A stretch of DNA of 64,000 nucleotides from an uncultured delta proteobacterium (GTDB lineage: Bacteria; Myxococcota_A; UBA9160; SMWR01). The stretch covers positions 800,001-864,000 of the forward strand of contig CAWHTE010000011.1 of NCBI GenBank assembly GCA_963832165.1. Direction: 5' to 3'. Both the position numbers and the translations under genes were made by a program. Below the pieces are notes generated by a model. The model ran no database searches. It had not been told where the DNA came from and saw only the letters and a list, made by a program, of their open reading frames with translations. Positions 23,864-33,507 of the stretch are shown one piece after another (positions within the stretch are counted from its first letter, which is position 1; the number at the start of each line of letters is the position of its first letter).

Positions 23864-24523
23864 ATGCCGCAGGTCCGTGTTCGCCTCGTGCTGTCGTTGC
23901 TGCTGGGGCTGCTCTGTGCGCAGCCGAGCTCCGCGTTGATCATCGACATCGACGGGACCTCCAACAATCTCGCGAATCCGGTGACGGTCTTTTTGACCGC
24001 GGGCACGTACTCCGTGACGCCGATCGGGATCTCCGGCGGCGGCCTGTACGACGCGTGGAATCCCTTCGGCACCACGAGCTGCGCCACGTCGCCCGACGGC
24101 TGTCCCCAGACCATTCCCACGACCGTGGAGGGCTGGAAGATCTCCTACGACGTGATCTCGGATGACATCAGCTCGGTGATCGTGAGCGGCACTCCGCTCA
24201 CCTCGATCTCCAGCGCTCCCAGCGGTCCCGCCGTCATCCAGGATTACTGGCTGTCGAACGGCAGCGAGACGGATCGCTTCCATGTGGACGACGCGACCGT
24301 CTACGCGACCGCCGCCGACGCCTTCCCGAACGGCGAGAGCTCGCTGTTCACCGTGAGCGGGTCCGGGCTGGTCGGGTTCTCGATCCTCGACGGATTCACC
24401 GGCGACAATTTTGGCGGGATGTCGCTCGACATCCAGCCCCTGACCGTACCCGAGCCTGCGCCTGCGGCGCTGATGGCACTCGCGCTCACGGCGCTGTGTC
24501 TGTGGCGGCGCAGCACGCGCTAG
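23864..24523 (+). CDS. Ser/Thr-rich PEP-CTERM protein
   Basis: SD GGAGG; signal peptide ending AQPSSA; C-terminal VPEPAPAALMALALTALCLWRR. Confidence 0.88.
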   Translation: MPQVRVRLVLSLLLGLLCAQPSSALIIDIDGTSNNLANPVTVFLTAGTYSVTPIGISGGGLYDAWNPFGTTSCATSPDGCPQTIPTTVEGWKISYDVISDDISSVIVSGTPLTSISSAPSGPAVIQDYWLSNGSETDRFHVDDATVYATAADAFPNGESSLFTVSGSGLVGFSILDGFTGDNFGGMSLDIQPLTVPEPAPAALMALALTALCLWRRSTR

Positions 24524-24566
24524 CGGAACTTCGCGCCCACAGCCCGAAGCACTGCCGCGGGTTGGA

Positions 24567-25553
24567 TCAGGCGATCCGGAAATCGGAGATCTGGATCTCC
24601 GCGCCGTAGTCGGCGTAGTCGCCCGCGGAGCGCTGATCGCGGAAGCGCGCCCACGACACTGGGCGGTAGCGCGCGCGCTCGCCACCGCGCAGCAGCTCGG
24701 GCAGCGGCTCGCAGATCGTCGCGTACGAGGGGTTCCAGAAGAACGGGGCCGAGAAGCGCGTGTGCTTCTCGCTCGCGACCACGCGGTGTACGGGCGAGCG
24801 GTAGTGATCGTTGCTCCACACCTGGAGCATGTCGCCGAGATTCACCGTGAACGCACCCGGCACCGGCTCGATCAGCACGAGCTGCTCGCCGCGCTGCACC
24901 TGGAGGCCCGCGTGCTCGTCCTGGTACAGCAGCGTGATCGCACCCGCGTCGGTGTGGTGGTGCACGGCGAGCTGGCCGCGCTCGGGGAGCAGCGGTGCAT
25001 CGGCGGGCGCGGGGTCGGGGCAGGGCAGGTAGCGGTTCAGGCGCTGGAAGCTCGTGTGATCGACGAACGCGTGGTCGAGCGCGTCGGGCTCGAGGTGGAG
25101 GCCCGCACACAGCGCGCGCTGGAGCGCGCGCGCGATTCCTCCGCAGCGGTGGTAGTGCGCGAGCAGCGCGTCGCGCAGCTCGGGCATCGCGGCGGGCCAG
25201 CGATTGGTGCCGTCGCTGTGGGAGGGCACTGGCGCTCCCGCTTCGCGCTCGATGCCGTAGTCGAACACCTCCTTCCAGTCGCGGCGGTTCTTGGTGAGCT
25301 CGGCGTCGTACCAGCCCCACGCGTTGTCGCGCGTGCGGCGCAGCGACTCCTTGGCGGCGGCCGGGAGATCGAAGAGCTGCCGCATCGCCGCCGCGAACGA
25401 ATCGAGCTGGCCGGCCGGGATGCCGTGCCCCACGACGTGGAAGAGGCCCCACTCTGCGCATGGCTCCGCGATCGCGCGCGCCACACGAGCGATCGCTCGG
25501 GCGTCGCCGCTGTCGAGGCCGCGGATATCGACGATCTCGGGCTGGTCGCTCAT
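24567..25553 (-). CDS. 2OG-Fe(II) oxygenase, isopenicillin-N-synthase-like
   Basis: WGLFHVVGHGI, RDWKE, HTDAGAITLL, NLGDML, HRV, RFSAPFF. Confidence 0.92.
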   Translation of the reverse strand: MSDQPEIVDIRGLDSGDARAIARVARAIAEPCAEWGLFHVVGHGIPAGQLDSFAAAMRQLFDLPAAAKESLRRTRDNAWGWYDAELTKNRRDWKEVFDYGIEREAGAPVPSHSDGTNRWPAAMPELRDALLAHYHRCGGIARALQRALCAGLHLEPDALDHAFVDHTSFQRLNRYLPCPDPAPADAPLLPERGQLAVHHHTDAGAITLLYQDEHAGLQVQRGEQLVLIEPVPGAFTVNLGDMLQVWSNDHYRSPVHRVVASEKHTRFSAPFFWNPSYATICEPLPELLRGGERARYRPVSWARFRDQRSAGDYADYGAEIQISDFRIA

Positions 25554-25626
25554 CGGCAACCCTTCATCGCTCCGATCAGGGTATCCTGTTTCCCCGCTTT
25601 GCGAGGACACCGCGAGGAGATCCGTG

Positions 25627-26622
25627 ATGAAGTACCGACTGCTGGGCAACAGTGGCCTGCGCGTATCCGAGCTCGCGCTCGGCGCGATGACGTTCGGTAT
25701 GCCGGGCTGGGGAGTCGAGAAGGACGAGAGCCGCCGCGTCTACGACGGGTTCCGCGAAGCCGGCGGCAACTTCGTCGACACGGCCAATCTCTACAGCGGC
25801 GGCCGCAGCGAGACGTTCCTGGGCGAGTTCCTCGCGGGTGAGCGCGAGCGGATCGTGCTCGCGACCAAGTACACGGGCGCCACGCGCAGCCGCGACGTGA
25901 ACGCCTCGGGCAACAACCGCAAGAACATGATGGACGCGGTGCACGCGAGCCTGAAGCGCTTGAACACCGACTACATCGACCTCTACTGGGTGCACGCGCG
26001 CGACTACACCACGCCGATCGAGGAGGTGATGCGCGGGCTCGACGACCTCGTGCGGCAGGGGAAGATCCTCTACGCGGGCATCTCCGACACGCCGGCCTGG
26101 GAGGTTTCGCGCGCCAACATGCTCGCGACGCTGCGCGGCTGGACTCCGTTCGTCGGGCTCCAGATCCGGTACAGCCTGCTCGACCGCGCAGTCGAGCGCG
26201 AGCTGCTGCCGATGGCGCGCGCGCTCGACATCGCGGTGACGCCCTGGGACACGCTGGGCTCGGGGGTCCTGACCGGGAAATACAACCGCGACTCGGGGAC
26301 CGAGGGTCGCGCGACGCTGCGCGGCAAGGTCAGCGAGCGCAATCTCGCGATCGCCGCGGAGGTGATCCAGGTCGCCGAGAAGATCGGCCGCTCGCCCGCG
26401 CAGGTCGCGCTCAACTGGGTCCGCCAGCAGCCCAACGTGATCGTTCCGCTCGTGGGCGCGAAGACGCGCGCGCAGCTCGACGACAACCTCGGCTGCCTCG
26501 AGTTCGAGCTGGCGCCCGAGGACATCGCGCGGCTCGACGAGGTGAGTCGGATCGAGCTCGGCTTCCCGCACGACTTCCTGGAGCAGTTCGCGTCGTCGAG
26601 CATCGTGAATCACCGCGCCTAG
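25627..26622 (+). CDS. Aldo/keto reductase
   Basis: LGNSGLRVSELALG, DTANLY, ATK, DYIDLYWVH, PAQVALNW. Confidence 0.93.
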   Translation: MKYRLLGNSGLRVSELALGAMTFGMPGWGVEKDESRRVYDGFREAGGNFVDTANLYSGGRSETFLGEFLAGERERIVLATKYTGATRSRDVNASGNNRKNMMDAVHASLKRLNTDYIDLYWVHARDYTTPIEEVMRGLDDLVRQGKILYAGISDTPAWEVSRANMLATLRGWTPFVGLQIRYSLLDRAVERELLPMARALDIAVTPWDTLGSGVLTGKYNRDSGTEGRATLRGKVSERNLAIAAEVIQVAEKIGRSPAQVALNWVRQQPNVIVPLVGAKTRAQLDDNLGCLEFELAPEDIARLDEVSRIELGFPHDFLEQFASSSIVNHRA

Positions 26623-26633
26623 AGCCGCGCTCG

Positions 26634-28442
26634 ATGTCCCGCCTGCATCGCCTCCGCGCGGCGTTTCTCGCCGCGCTCGCGGTCGCGCTCTATGCGAACA
26701 CGTTCGGACACGGATACGCGCTCGACGACCGGCTGGTGATCACTCACAACGAGTTCACCCAGGCGGGCTGGGCGGGGATTCCGGATCTGCTCAAGGAAGA
26801 CTCGTTCCGCGGCTATCTCGGCGCGCAGGCCAATCCGGTGTTCGGCGGTCGCTATCGGCCGCTCTCGCTGGTCGCGTTCGCGGTCGAGAAGGCGCTCTTC
26901 GGCAAGAGCCCGTTCGCGCACCATCTCGTGCAGGTGCTGCTCTACGCGCTGTGCTGCGCCGTCTTCTATCGCGTGGCGGTCGAGATGCTCGGCGCGCGCG
27001 CGGGTGAGTCGCCGCCATGGCTCTCGCTGCCGTTCGTGGCCGCGCTCCTGTTCACGGTGCACCCGCTGCACACCGAGGTGGTCGCGAACCTGAAGAGCCG
27101 CGACGAGATCCTCGCGCTGCTGTTCGCACTGATCAGCCTCTCGCTGTGCCTGCGCGCGGCGGCGGCACCGGGCCGCAGGGACGCGATCGCGGCCGCGGTG
27201 GCGTTCTTCGTCGCGCTGCTCGCGAAGGAGAGCGCGGTCACGTTCCTCGCGATCATCCCGCTCTCGCTGTGGTTCTTCCGCAAGCTCGGCCGCGCGGAGC
27301 TCGCGCGCGTGATGCCCGGGCTCGCGATCGCCACGTGCGCCTATCTCGTGTTGCGACAGGCGAGCGTGATGGGAGGAACCGCACGCCCAGAGCTGCTCAA
27401 CGATCCGTTCCTGGGTGTCTCGGGCGCCGATGCCTGGGCGACGGCGTTCTACACGCTCTGGCGCTATCTGGCGCTGATCTTCTGGCCGCACCCGCTCACC
27501 CACGACTACGGGCCGTACCACGTGGCGATCCTCTCCTGGAGCGATCTCGGCCCGTGGCTGGGTTTCGCGAGCCAGCTCGCGCTGGCCGGGCTCGCACTCT
27601 CGGGAGCGCGGACGCGCGCGGTGCCTGCCTACGCCGCGGCGTTCTACCTCGTCGCACTCTCGGTGGCCTCGAACCTGCTCTTCACGATCGGCACGTTCAT
27701 GGGCGAGCGATTCCTGTTCGCGCCGTCCGCGGGCGCTGCGCTGGGCCTCGCCTGGGCGCTGCTCGCGGGCATCGAGCGCTGGGTCCCCGCGGCGCTGCGC
27801 GCGCGCGTCGCGCTGGTCGCGGTGGGAATCTGGGTGTCGGCACTCGCCGTGGCGACCGTGATCCGCAATCCGGTGTGGCGCGACAACGAGACGCTGTTCC
27901 GCACCGACATCACCGTCTCGTCGCAGAGCGCCTCCGCGAACGCAAATCTCGCCGACGTGCTCCTGATCCGCGCGAGCGAGACGCGCGAGCCCGCGGAACG
28001 CGCGCAGCTCGAGGCGGAGGCGGTCGCGCATCTCGAGACGGCGCTGCAGGTCCACCCGAGCTACGAACGCGCGCTCGAGATGCTCGGGGCGGTGCACAAG
28101 CGGCGCGGCGACTTCGACGGAACGCTCGCTGCGCTCGAGCGCTTGTTCCGGTTGAACCCGCGGCGCGGAAACGTCGCGTTCAATGCCGGCACGCTGATTC
28201 TCGAGCATCACCCCGAGCGCGGTGCGGATGCTGTGCGCTACCTCGAGCGCGCTGTGGAGATCCGGCCCGACGACGCCGACTCCCACGCGAATCTCGGCGC
28301 CGCCTACTATGGAGTCGGCGATCTCGCGCGAGCGATCACGTCGTACGAGCGCGCGGTCGCGCTCGCGCCCGAGCGCGCCAACCACCGCGCCAATCTCGAG
28401 GCGCTGCGCGCCGAGGCCGCGGTCCCGTCCGACTCGCGATGA
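26634..28442 (+). CDS. TMTC/DUF1736-like GT-C membrane glycosyltransferase with C-terminal TPRs
   Basis: ALDD first-loop acidic pair, YRPLS, HPLHTEVV, LAKE, ERFLFAPS, VWRDNETLF, then TPR helices. Confidence 0.82.
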   Translation: MSRLHRLRAAFLAALAVALYANTFGHGYALDDRLVITHNEFTQAGWAGIPDLLKEDSFRGYLGAQANPVFGGRYRPLSLVAFAVEKALFGKSPFAHHLVQVLLYALCCAVFYRVAVEMLGARAGESPPWLSLPFVAALLFTVHPLHTEVVANLKSRDEILALLFALISLSLCLRAAAAPGRRDAIAAAVAFFVALLAKESAVTFLAIIPLSLWFFRKLGRAELARVMPGLAIATCAYLVLRQASVMGGTARPELLNDPFLGVSGADAWATAFYTLWRYLALIFWPHPLTHDYGPYHVAILSWSDLGPWLGFASQLALAGLALSGARTRAVPAYAAAFYLVALSVASNLLFTIGTFMGERFLFAPSAGAALGLAWALLAGIERWVPAALRARVALVAVGIWVSALAVATVIRNPVWRDNETLFRTDITVSSQSASANANLADVLLIRASETREPAERAQLEAEAVAHLETALQVHPSYERALEMLGAVHKRRGDFDGTLAALERLFRLNPRRGNVAFNAGTLILEHHPERGADAVRYLERAVEIRPDDADSHANLGAAYYGVGDLARAITSYERAVALAPERANHRANLEALRAEAAVPSDSR

Positions 28443-28454
28443 CGTGAGCTTCGC

Positions 28455-28934
28455 TCACGGCCCCCAGCGGATTCGAACCTTGCGATTGCCCCACGCGCGC
28501 GCGGCGCGCACGTCCTTGCCCATGTAGATGTCGATGCGCTTCTTCCAGCGCTTCGGGAGGCGATCGAGCACCGTGTAATGGCCCTGGAGACCGTCGATCC
28601 GCACCGTCACTCCGCGCGTGAGGCCGAGCGCGATCAGGTCGTGCGACACCGCGATCGTCCTCATGCCGGGCTTCAGGCGATCGCCCCAGGCCCCGTGCTG
28701 GCCGCCGCCGACGCCCTGCGAGGGCACCGAGTTGTAGGCCGTCGCGGTCACGAGGAGCTCCGATTCGGAGAGCGGCGGCGCGGGCGAAGGGGTCGGGGGA
28801 GCAGGCACGGGCGCCGCGCACTCCCCCGGAGGTGCGACGCGATCGCGCGGCGCGGGCGCAGGCTCGCGCGGGGCGATCGCGCGGCAGCCCAGCGCGAGCT
28901 CGGCGATCGCGATCAGAATGGCCGCCGTTCGCAT
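28455..28934 (-). CDS. 3D-domain (MltA-like) putative lipoprotein
   Basis: LALGC lipobox, Pro-rich linker, VTATAYNS, IAVS, VLDR, RIDIYM. Confidence 0.85.
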   Translation of the reverse strand: MRTAAILIAIAELALGCRAIAPREPAPAPRDRVAPPGECAAPVPAPPTPSPAPPLSESELLVTATAYNSVPSQGVGGGQHGAWGDRLKPGMRTIAVSHDLIALGLTRGVTVRIDGLQGHYTVLDRLPKRWKKRIDIYMGKDVRAARAWGNRKVRIRWGP

Positions 28935-28977
28935 GGACTCCTCCCCGGCCGGGGGATGCCGCATGCTCGCGCGGATC

Positions 28978-29274
28978 ATGCCCGAAGACGAGGGGCCGTT
29001 CCCCGAGCCGGTCGAGATTCCGATCGGCGATTCGATCGACCTGCATTACTTCCCGCCGCGCGACGTCGGCGAGGTCGTCGACGCCTATCTCGAGGCCGCG
29101 GCCGAGCGCGGGCTGCGCGAGGTGCGCATCATCCACGGGCGCGGCCGCGGCGTACAGCGCCATCGCGTGCACCAGCACCTCGCGCGCAGCCCCTACGTCG
29201 AGCGCTTCACCGAAGCGCCCGCCGATCGCGGCGGCTGGGGCGCGACGCTCGTGTGGCTGCGAGCACCGGAGTGA
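28978..29274 (+). CDS. Stand-alone Smr/MutS2-C domain protein
   Basis: IDLH, VRIIHGRGRG, GGWGATLV. Confidence 0.9.
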   Translation: MPEDEGPFPEPVEIPIGDSIDLHYFPPRDVGEVVDAYLEAAAERGLREVRIIHGRGRGVQRHRVHQHLARSPYVERFTEAPADRGGWGATLVWLRAPE

Positions 29275-29293
29275 CCGGCCGCGCGAAGGCGGA

Positions 29294-30949
29294 TCACGGC
29301 AGCGCGCGAGCGAGGATCGCGTCGAAGTTCGTGCGCGCGGGCAGCGCGCCGAACAGGTGTCCGCGGCCCGCGAGGCGCGATGCGCAGTAGGCGTCCGCGA
29401 TTGCAGCGGGCGCCGCGCGCAGGAGCAGCGACGCCTGGAGCGCGGTCGCGAGTCTTCCCACGAGATCGCGCGCGCGCGTCTCGGCATCCGAGGGATCGGA
29501 GAGATCGGACTCGAGCGCGCGCAGCGCGTCGTCGAGGCGTCGGTCGGCGCCGTGCGCGAGCCGGATCTCCGCGAGCAAAGCCGGCAGCGTGTCGGGCTCG
29601 CGCGTGATCGCGCGCAGCACGTCCAGGCAGATCACGTTGCCCGACCCCTCCCAGATCGCGTTGAGCGGCGCCTCGCGGTACAGCCGCGCGAGGATTGCCT
29701 CCTCGACGTAGCCGTTGCCGCCGAGACACTCCATCGCCTCGCCGATCGCGAGCGGTGCGCGCTTGCACACCCAGTATTTCCCGACGGCCGCGGTGATCCG
29801 TGCGAACGCGTGCTCGCCGGGGTCGTCGGCCGCGCGGTCGTAGCCGCGCGCGAGCCGCAGCATGAGCGCCGTAGCGGCCTCCACCTCGAGCGCGAGGTCC
29901 GCGAGCACGTTCCTCATCAGCGGCTGGTCGGCGAGCCGGTGACCGAACGCGGAGCGGTGGCGCGCATGGTGCAGCGCCTGCGCGAGCGCCATGCGCATGA
30001 GTCCCGTGCTGCCGCTCACGCAATCGAGCCGCGTGTGGTGCACCATCGCGAGGATCGTGCGCACGCCGCGCTCCTCGGGCCCGACGCGCCGCGCCCAGGT
30101 GCCGCGGTACTCGATCTCGCTCGACGCGTTGGAGCGGTTGCCGAGCTTGTCCTTGAGTCGCTGGATGTGAAACGGGTTGCGGCTCCCGTCGGGACGCCAG
30201 CGCGGCACGAGGAAGCAGGTGGGCGGCGCTCCGGGACGCGTGAGTGCGAGCGTGAGCAGCGCGTCGCTCATGGGCGCGGAATAGAACCACTTGTGACCTA
30301 CGAGCTCGTAGACATCGCCGCCGATCGGGTGCGCGAGCGTGGTATTCGCGCGCACGTCGCTGCCACCCTGCTTCTCGGTCATTCCCATCCCGATCGTCGC
30401 GGCCGTCTTCTCGCGCGCGGGGCAGCTGCGCGGGTCGTAGCGCGTCGCGAGCACACGCGGCTCCCACTCGTCGGCCACCGCCTTCTCGGCGCGCAGCGTG
30501 GGCACACACGCGTACGTCATCGTGATCGGGCATGCGTGGCCCGCTTCCACCTGATTCAAGATCGAGTGCAGCGCCGTACGCGCGACGTGTGCGCCCGGAC
30601 GAGGCTCGCGCCAGGGCAGCGCGTGCACGGCGTGCTCCATGGCGAGCCCCATCAGCGCGTGCCATGCGGGATGGAACGCCACCTCGTCGATCCGGTGCCC
30701 GAAGCGGTCGAATGCGGTGAGCTCGGGTGGATGGCGGTTCGCCTCGCGCCCGAACGCGAGCGCCTCTGCGCTGCCCATCACCGCGCCGTACGCGCGCACG
30801 CGCGGCGCCGCCCAGCCGCCGCCTTCGCGCTCGAGTCCCTCGCCGAGCGCGCGGTCGAGCTCGAACAGGTTCACGTTCTCGAGCGGCGGCGGCTGATTCT
30901 CCACCGCGTGGGTGGCGCCTCCCAGGTCGCGCGATCCGGCGTCGCTCAC
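29294..30949 (-). CDS. aidB: AidB-like acyl-CoA dehydrogenase
   Basis: THAVENQPPPL, FHPAWH, CPITMT, MGMTEKQGGSDV, RLKDKLGNRSNAS, ECLGGNGY, IWEGSGNV. Confidence 0.85.
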   Translation of the reverse strand: MSDAGSRDLGGATHAVENQPPPLENVNLFELDRALGEGLEREGGGWAAPRVRAYGAVMGSAEALAFGREANRHPPELTAFDRFGHRIDEVAFHPAWHALMGLAMEHAVHALPWREPRPGAHVARTALHSILNQVEAGHACPITMTYACVPTLRAEKAVADEWEPRVLATRYDPRSCPAREKTAATIGMGMTEKQGGSDVRANTTLAHPIGGDVYELVGHKWFYSAPMSDALLTLALTRPGAPPTCFLVPRWRPDGSRNPFHIQRLKDKLGNRSNASSEIEYRGTWARRVGPEERGVRTILAMVHHTRLDCVSGSTGLMRMALAQALHHARHRSAFGHRLADQPLMRNVLADLALEVEAATALMLRLARGYDRAADDPGEHAFARITAAVGKYWVCKRAPLAIGEAMECLGGNGYVEEAILARLYREAPLNAIWEGSGNVICLDVLRAITREPDTLPALLAEIRLAHGADRRLDDALRALESDLSDPSDAETRARDLVGRLATALQASLLLRAAPAAIADAYCASRLAGRGHLFGALPARTNFDAILARALP

Positions 30950-31010
30950 GCGGGGAGTGTCGGTCCGCGGCCGCGGCACAGTCAAGGCAGATGCCGCTAT
31001 GTTCCACAGT

Positions 31011-32255
31011 GTGATGAGCTGGCGGTCGATCGGGAGTTGGCTCGCGGCGGCGGTGCTGTGCATCGGCGGCGCCGCGTGCGATTCCGGCGGCGGAAGCGGG
31101 AGCGGCGGCGGCGGCGGCGGTGGCGGTGGCGGCACCGGCAACGAGTGCCCGGAGATCTTCGCGAGCGGCTTCCGCAACCCGTGGCGGATGAACTTCGATC
31201 CCTTGAACGGCCGACTCTACGTCGGCGACGTCGGCCAGGGCGCGCAGGAGGAGATCGATCTCGTCACGCGCGGCGCGAACTATGGCTGGGACTGCTTCGA
31301 AGGGGAGCTCACCCACCCGACCACCGCAGACTGCAGCGCGACCTTCACCGCGCCCGAGGTCGTGCACGGCCGCAGCGACGCGATCGCGATCGCAGGGGGC
31401 GCCGTGTACCGGGGCACCGCGATCCCCTTCCTCAACGGCTTCTACGTGTACGGCGACACTTTCACAGAGAAGTTCTTCACGTTCGACACCGCGTCTTCGA
31501 GCGCGCCGTCGCAGCAGATCACGTCGCTGAACGCGTCGGTTGTCGCGTTCGGCCAGGGCCGTGACGGCGAGATCTACGCCGTCACGTTCGGCAGCCCGTC
31601 GATCCGCAAGATCGTGACTTCGGGCGGAGGCGGACTCGGCACGCTCGCGTTCGCCGACGCGTTCCCGGGCCGCAACTCGTTCGACAGCCCGGTCAAGCTT
31701 GTGCAGCACCCGACCGAGGCGAATCGCTGGTACATCGTGGAGCAGGGCGGGCTCGTGTGGACGCTCTCCACGACCAACTCCAACCCGCCCACGATCGCGG
31801 CCGACCTCGACGCGCCGATCAATCTCGGCGGAGGCAGCGAGCAGGGGCTACTCGGCATGGCGTTCGACCCGGGCTTCGCGTCGTCGCGCGAGGTCTACTT
31901 CACCTATACCGACGAAAACGCACAGGCAGTGCGGCTCGCGCGCTGGGTGAGCCCAAACGTCAATGGCCTCACGTTCGCGCCCGACACCAACCCGATCGTG
32001 TTGTCGTTTCCCCACCCGCTGAGCAACCACAACGGCAGCGACATCATGTTCGGCGGCGACGGCTTCCTCTACTACAGCATGGGCGACGGTGGCAGCGGCG
32101 ACGATCCGGACAACAACGGCCAGAACATGGGAACGCTGCTCGGCAAGATCCTGCGCATCGACGTGAATAGTCCGCCGCCGGGCGGCAAGACCTATGCGAT
32201 TCCCGGCACCAACCCGTTCGCGACCAACGCCCAGTGCAACACGGGGCCGCGCTAG
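31011..32255 (+). CDS. Lipoprotein, PQQ-dependent sugar dehydrogenase (GSDH/HHIP-like) propeller, circularly permuted
   Basis: Signal ending GGAAC + poly-Gly linker; GFRNPWR/GDVGQ/NYGW block precedes EQGLLG/NHNG/GDGG/GKILRID/NPF block. Confidence 0.85.
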   Translation: MMSWRSIGSWLAAAVLCIGGAACDSGGGSGSGGGGGGGGGGTGNECPEIFASGFRNPWRMNFDPLNGRLYVGDVGQGAQEEIDLVTRGANYGWDCFEGELTHPTTADCSATFTAPEVVHGRSDAIAIAGGAVYRGTAIPFLNGFYVYGDTFTEKFFTFDTASSSAPSQQITSLNASVVAFGQGRDGEIYAVTFGSPSIRKIVTSGGGGLGTLAFADAFPGRNSFDSPVKLVQHPTEANRWYIVEQGGLVWTLSTTNSNPPTIAADLDAPINLGGGSEQGLLGMAFDPGFASSREVYFTYTDENAQAVRLARWVSPNVNGLTFAPDTNPIVLSFPHPLSNHNGSDIMFGGDGFLYYSMGDGGSGDDPDNNGQNMGTLLGKILRIDVNSPPPGGKTYAIPGTNPFATNAQCNTGPR

Positions 32256-32277
32256 CCGCACCCGGAGGAGAAACCCC

Positions 32278-33507
32278 TTGGCCGAATACCGCACGATGAG
32301 CGAGCAGGAGCTGCGCGAACGCACGCGCGCGCTGCTCGCGCAGATCCACCCCGAGAAGAGCGACAGCGTCACGTTCCGCCGTGCGCAATACGAGCACGGG
32401 CTCGCCTGGGTGCACTTTCCGGAAGGCTACGGCGGCCTCGGGCTGGCGCCGAAGATGAACGTGATCGTGCACGACGAGATCACGCAGCACTCGAAGGTCG
32501 TGCACGGCGATCCGCCCGCGAGCATCATCGGCATCGGCATGGGCGCGCCCGTGGTGCTCACCTACGCGACCGACGAGCAGAAGAAGCGCCTGCTGCCGAT
32601 GATCTTCACGGGCGAGGAGATCTGGTGCCAGATGTTCTCCGAGCCGAGCGCGGGCTCCGACGTCGCGGGCCTCGCCACGCGCGCGGTGCGCGACGGCGAC
32701 GACTGGGTCGTGAACGGGCAGAAGGTTTGGACGACGGTCGCGCACCTCTCGAAATGGGGAATGCTGCTCGCGCGCACCAATCCGGACGTGCCCAAGCACG
32801 ACGGCATGTCGTACTTCATCCTCGACATGAAGGCGCCGGGCGTCGAGGTGCGGCCGCTCTACCAGATCACGGGAGAGGCCGAGTTCAACGAGGTGTTCTT
32901 CACCAACGTGCGCATCCCGCACTCGATGATGCTCGGCAAGGAGGGGCAGGGATGGCGCGTCGCGATCACGACGCTCATGAACGAGCGCGTGGCGATCGGC
33001 GGCGGCGTCTCGAAGCGCAAGGGCGGCGGCGCGGGTCGACAGCTGATCGAGCTCTGGAACGGCCGCCAGCGCGATGCGCTCACGCCCAGCCAGGAGGCCG
33101 TGCTGCGCGATCGCGTGACGCGCAGCTACATCGACATCGAGCTGGGCCGCCTCACCGCGATGCGCGCGCGCGCCGCACAGAAGGCCGGCAATCCCGGGCC
33201 CGAAGGCTCGGTCTCGAAGCTCGCGATGGCCGAGATCAACAAACACCTCTGGGAGACGGCGATCGACATCCTGGGCGCACGCGGGCTCGCATTCGAGGCG
33301 GGCTACGAGCTGCGCCAGGCGTCCGGTGGGCGCGTCGAGAGCCTGGAGGATCAGGCGAAGTACTGGTTCCTGCGCTCGCGCGCGAACTCGATCGAGGGCG
33401 GCACCTCCGAGATCATGCGCAACATCCTCGGCGAGCGCGTTCTGGGCCTGCCGGGTGAGCCGCGTGCGGACAAGGACGTGGCTTGGAAGGACGTACCGCG
33501 ATCATGA
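32278..33507 (+). CDS. Acyl-CoA dehydrogenase
   Basis: WCQMFSEPSAGSD, NGQKVWT, FNEVFF, TLMNER, IEGGTSEIMRN; TTG start after SD GGAGGAG. Confidence 0.93.
   Translation: MAEYRTMSEQELRERTRALLAQIHPEKSDSVTFRRAQYEHGLAWVHFPEGYGGLGLAPKMNVIVHDEITQHSKVVHGDPPASIIGIGMGAPVVLTYATDEQKKRLLPMIFTGEEIWCQMFSEPSAGSDVAGLATRAVRDGDDWVVNGQKVWTTVAHLSKWGMLLARTNPDVPKHDGMSYFILDMKAPGVEVRPLYQITGEAEFNEVFFTNVRIPHSMMLGKEGQGWRVAITTLMNERVAIGGGVSKRKGGGAGRQLIELWNGRQRDALTPSQEAVLRDRVTRSYIDIELGRLTAMRARAAQKAGNPGPEGSVSKLAMAEINKHLWETAIDILGARGLAFEAGYELRQASGGRVESLEDQAKYWFLRSRANSIEGGTSEIMRNILGERVLGLPGEPRADKDVAWKDVPRS

Noticed and set aside
31085..31140. GGC repeat as a contingency locus, or a poly-Pro N-terminus for AidB
   Set aside because: It is an in-frame Gly linker after the lipobox; the AidB-like gene is better started at GTG 30949.
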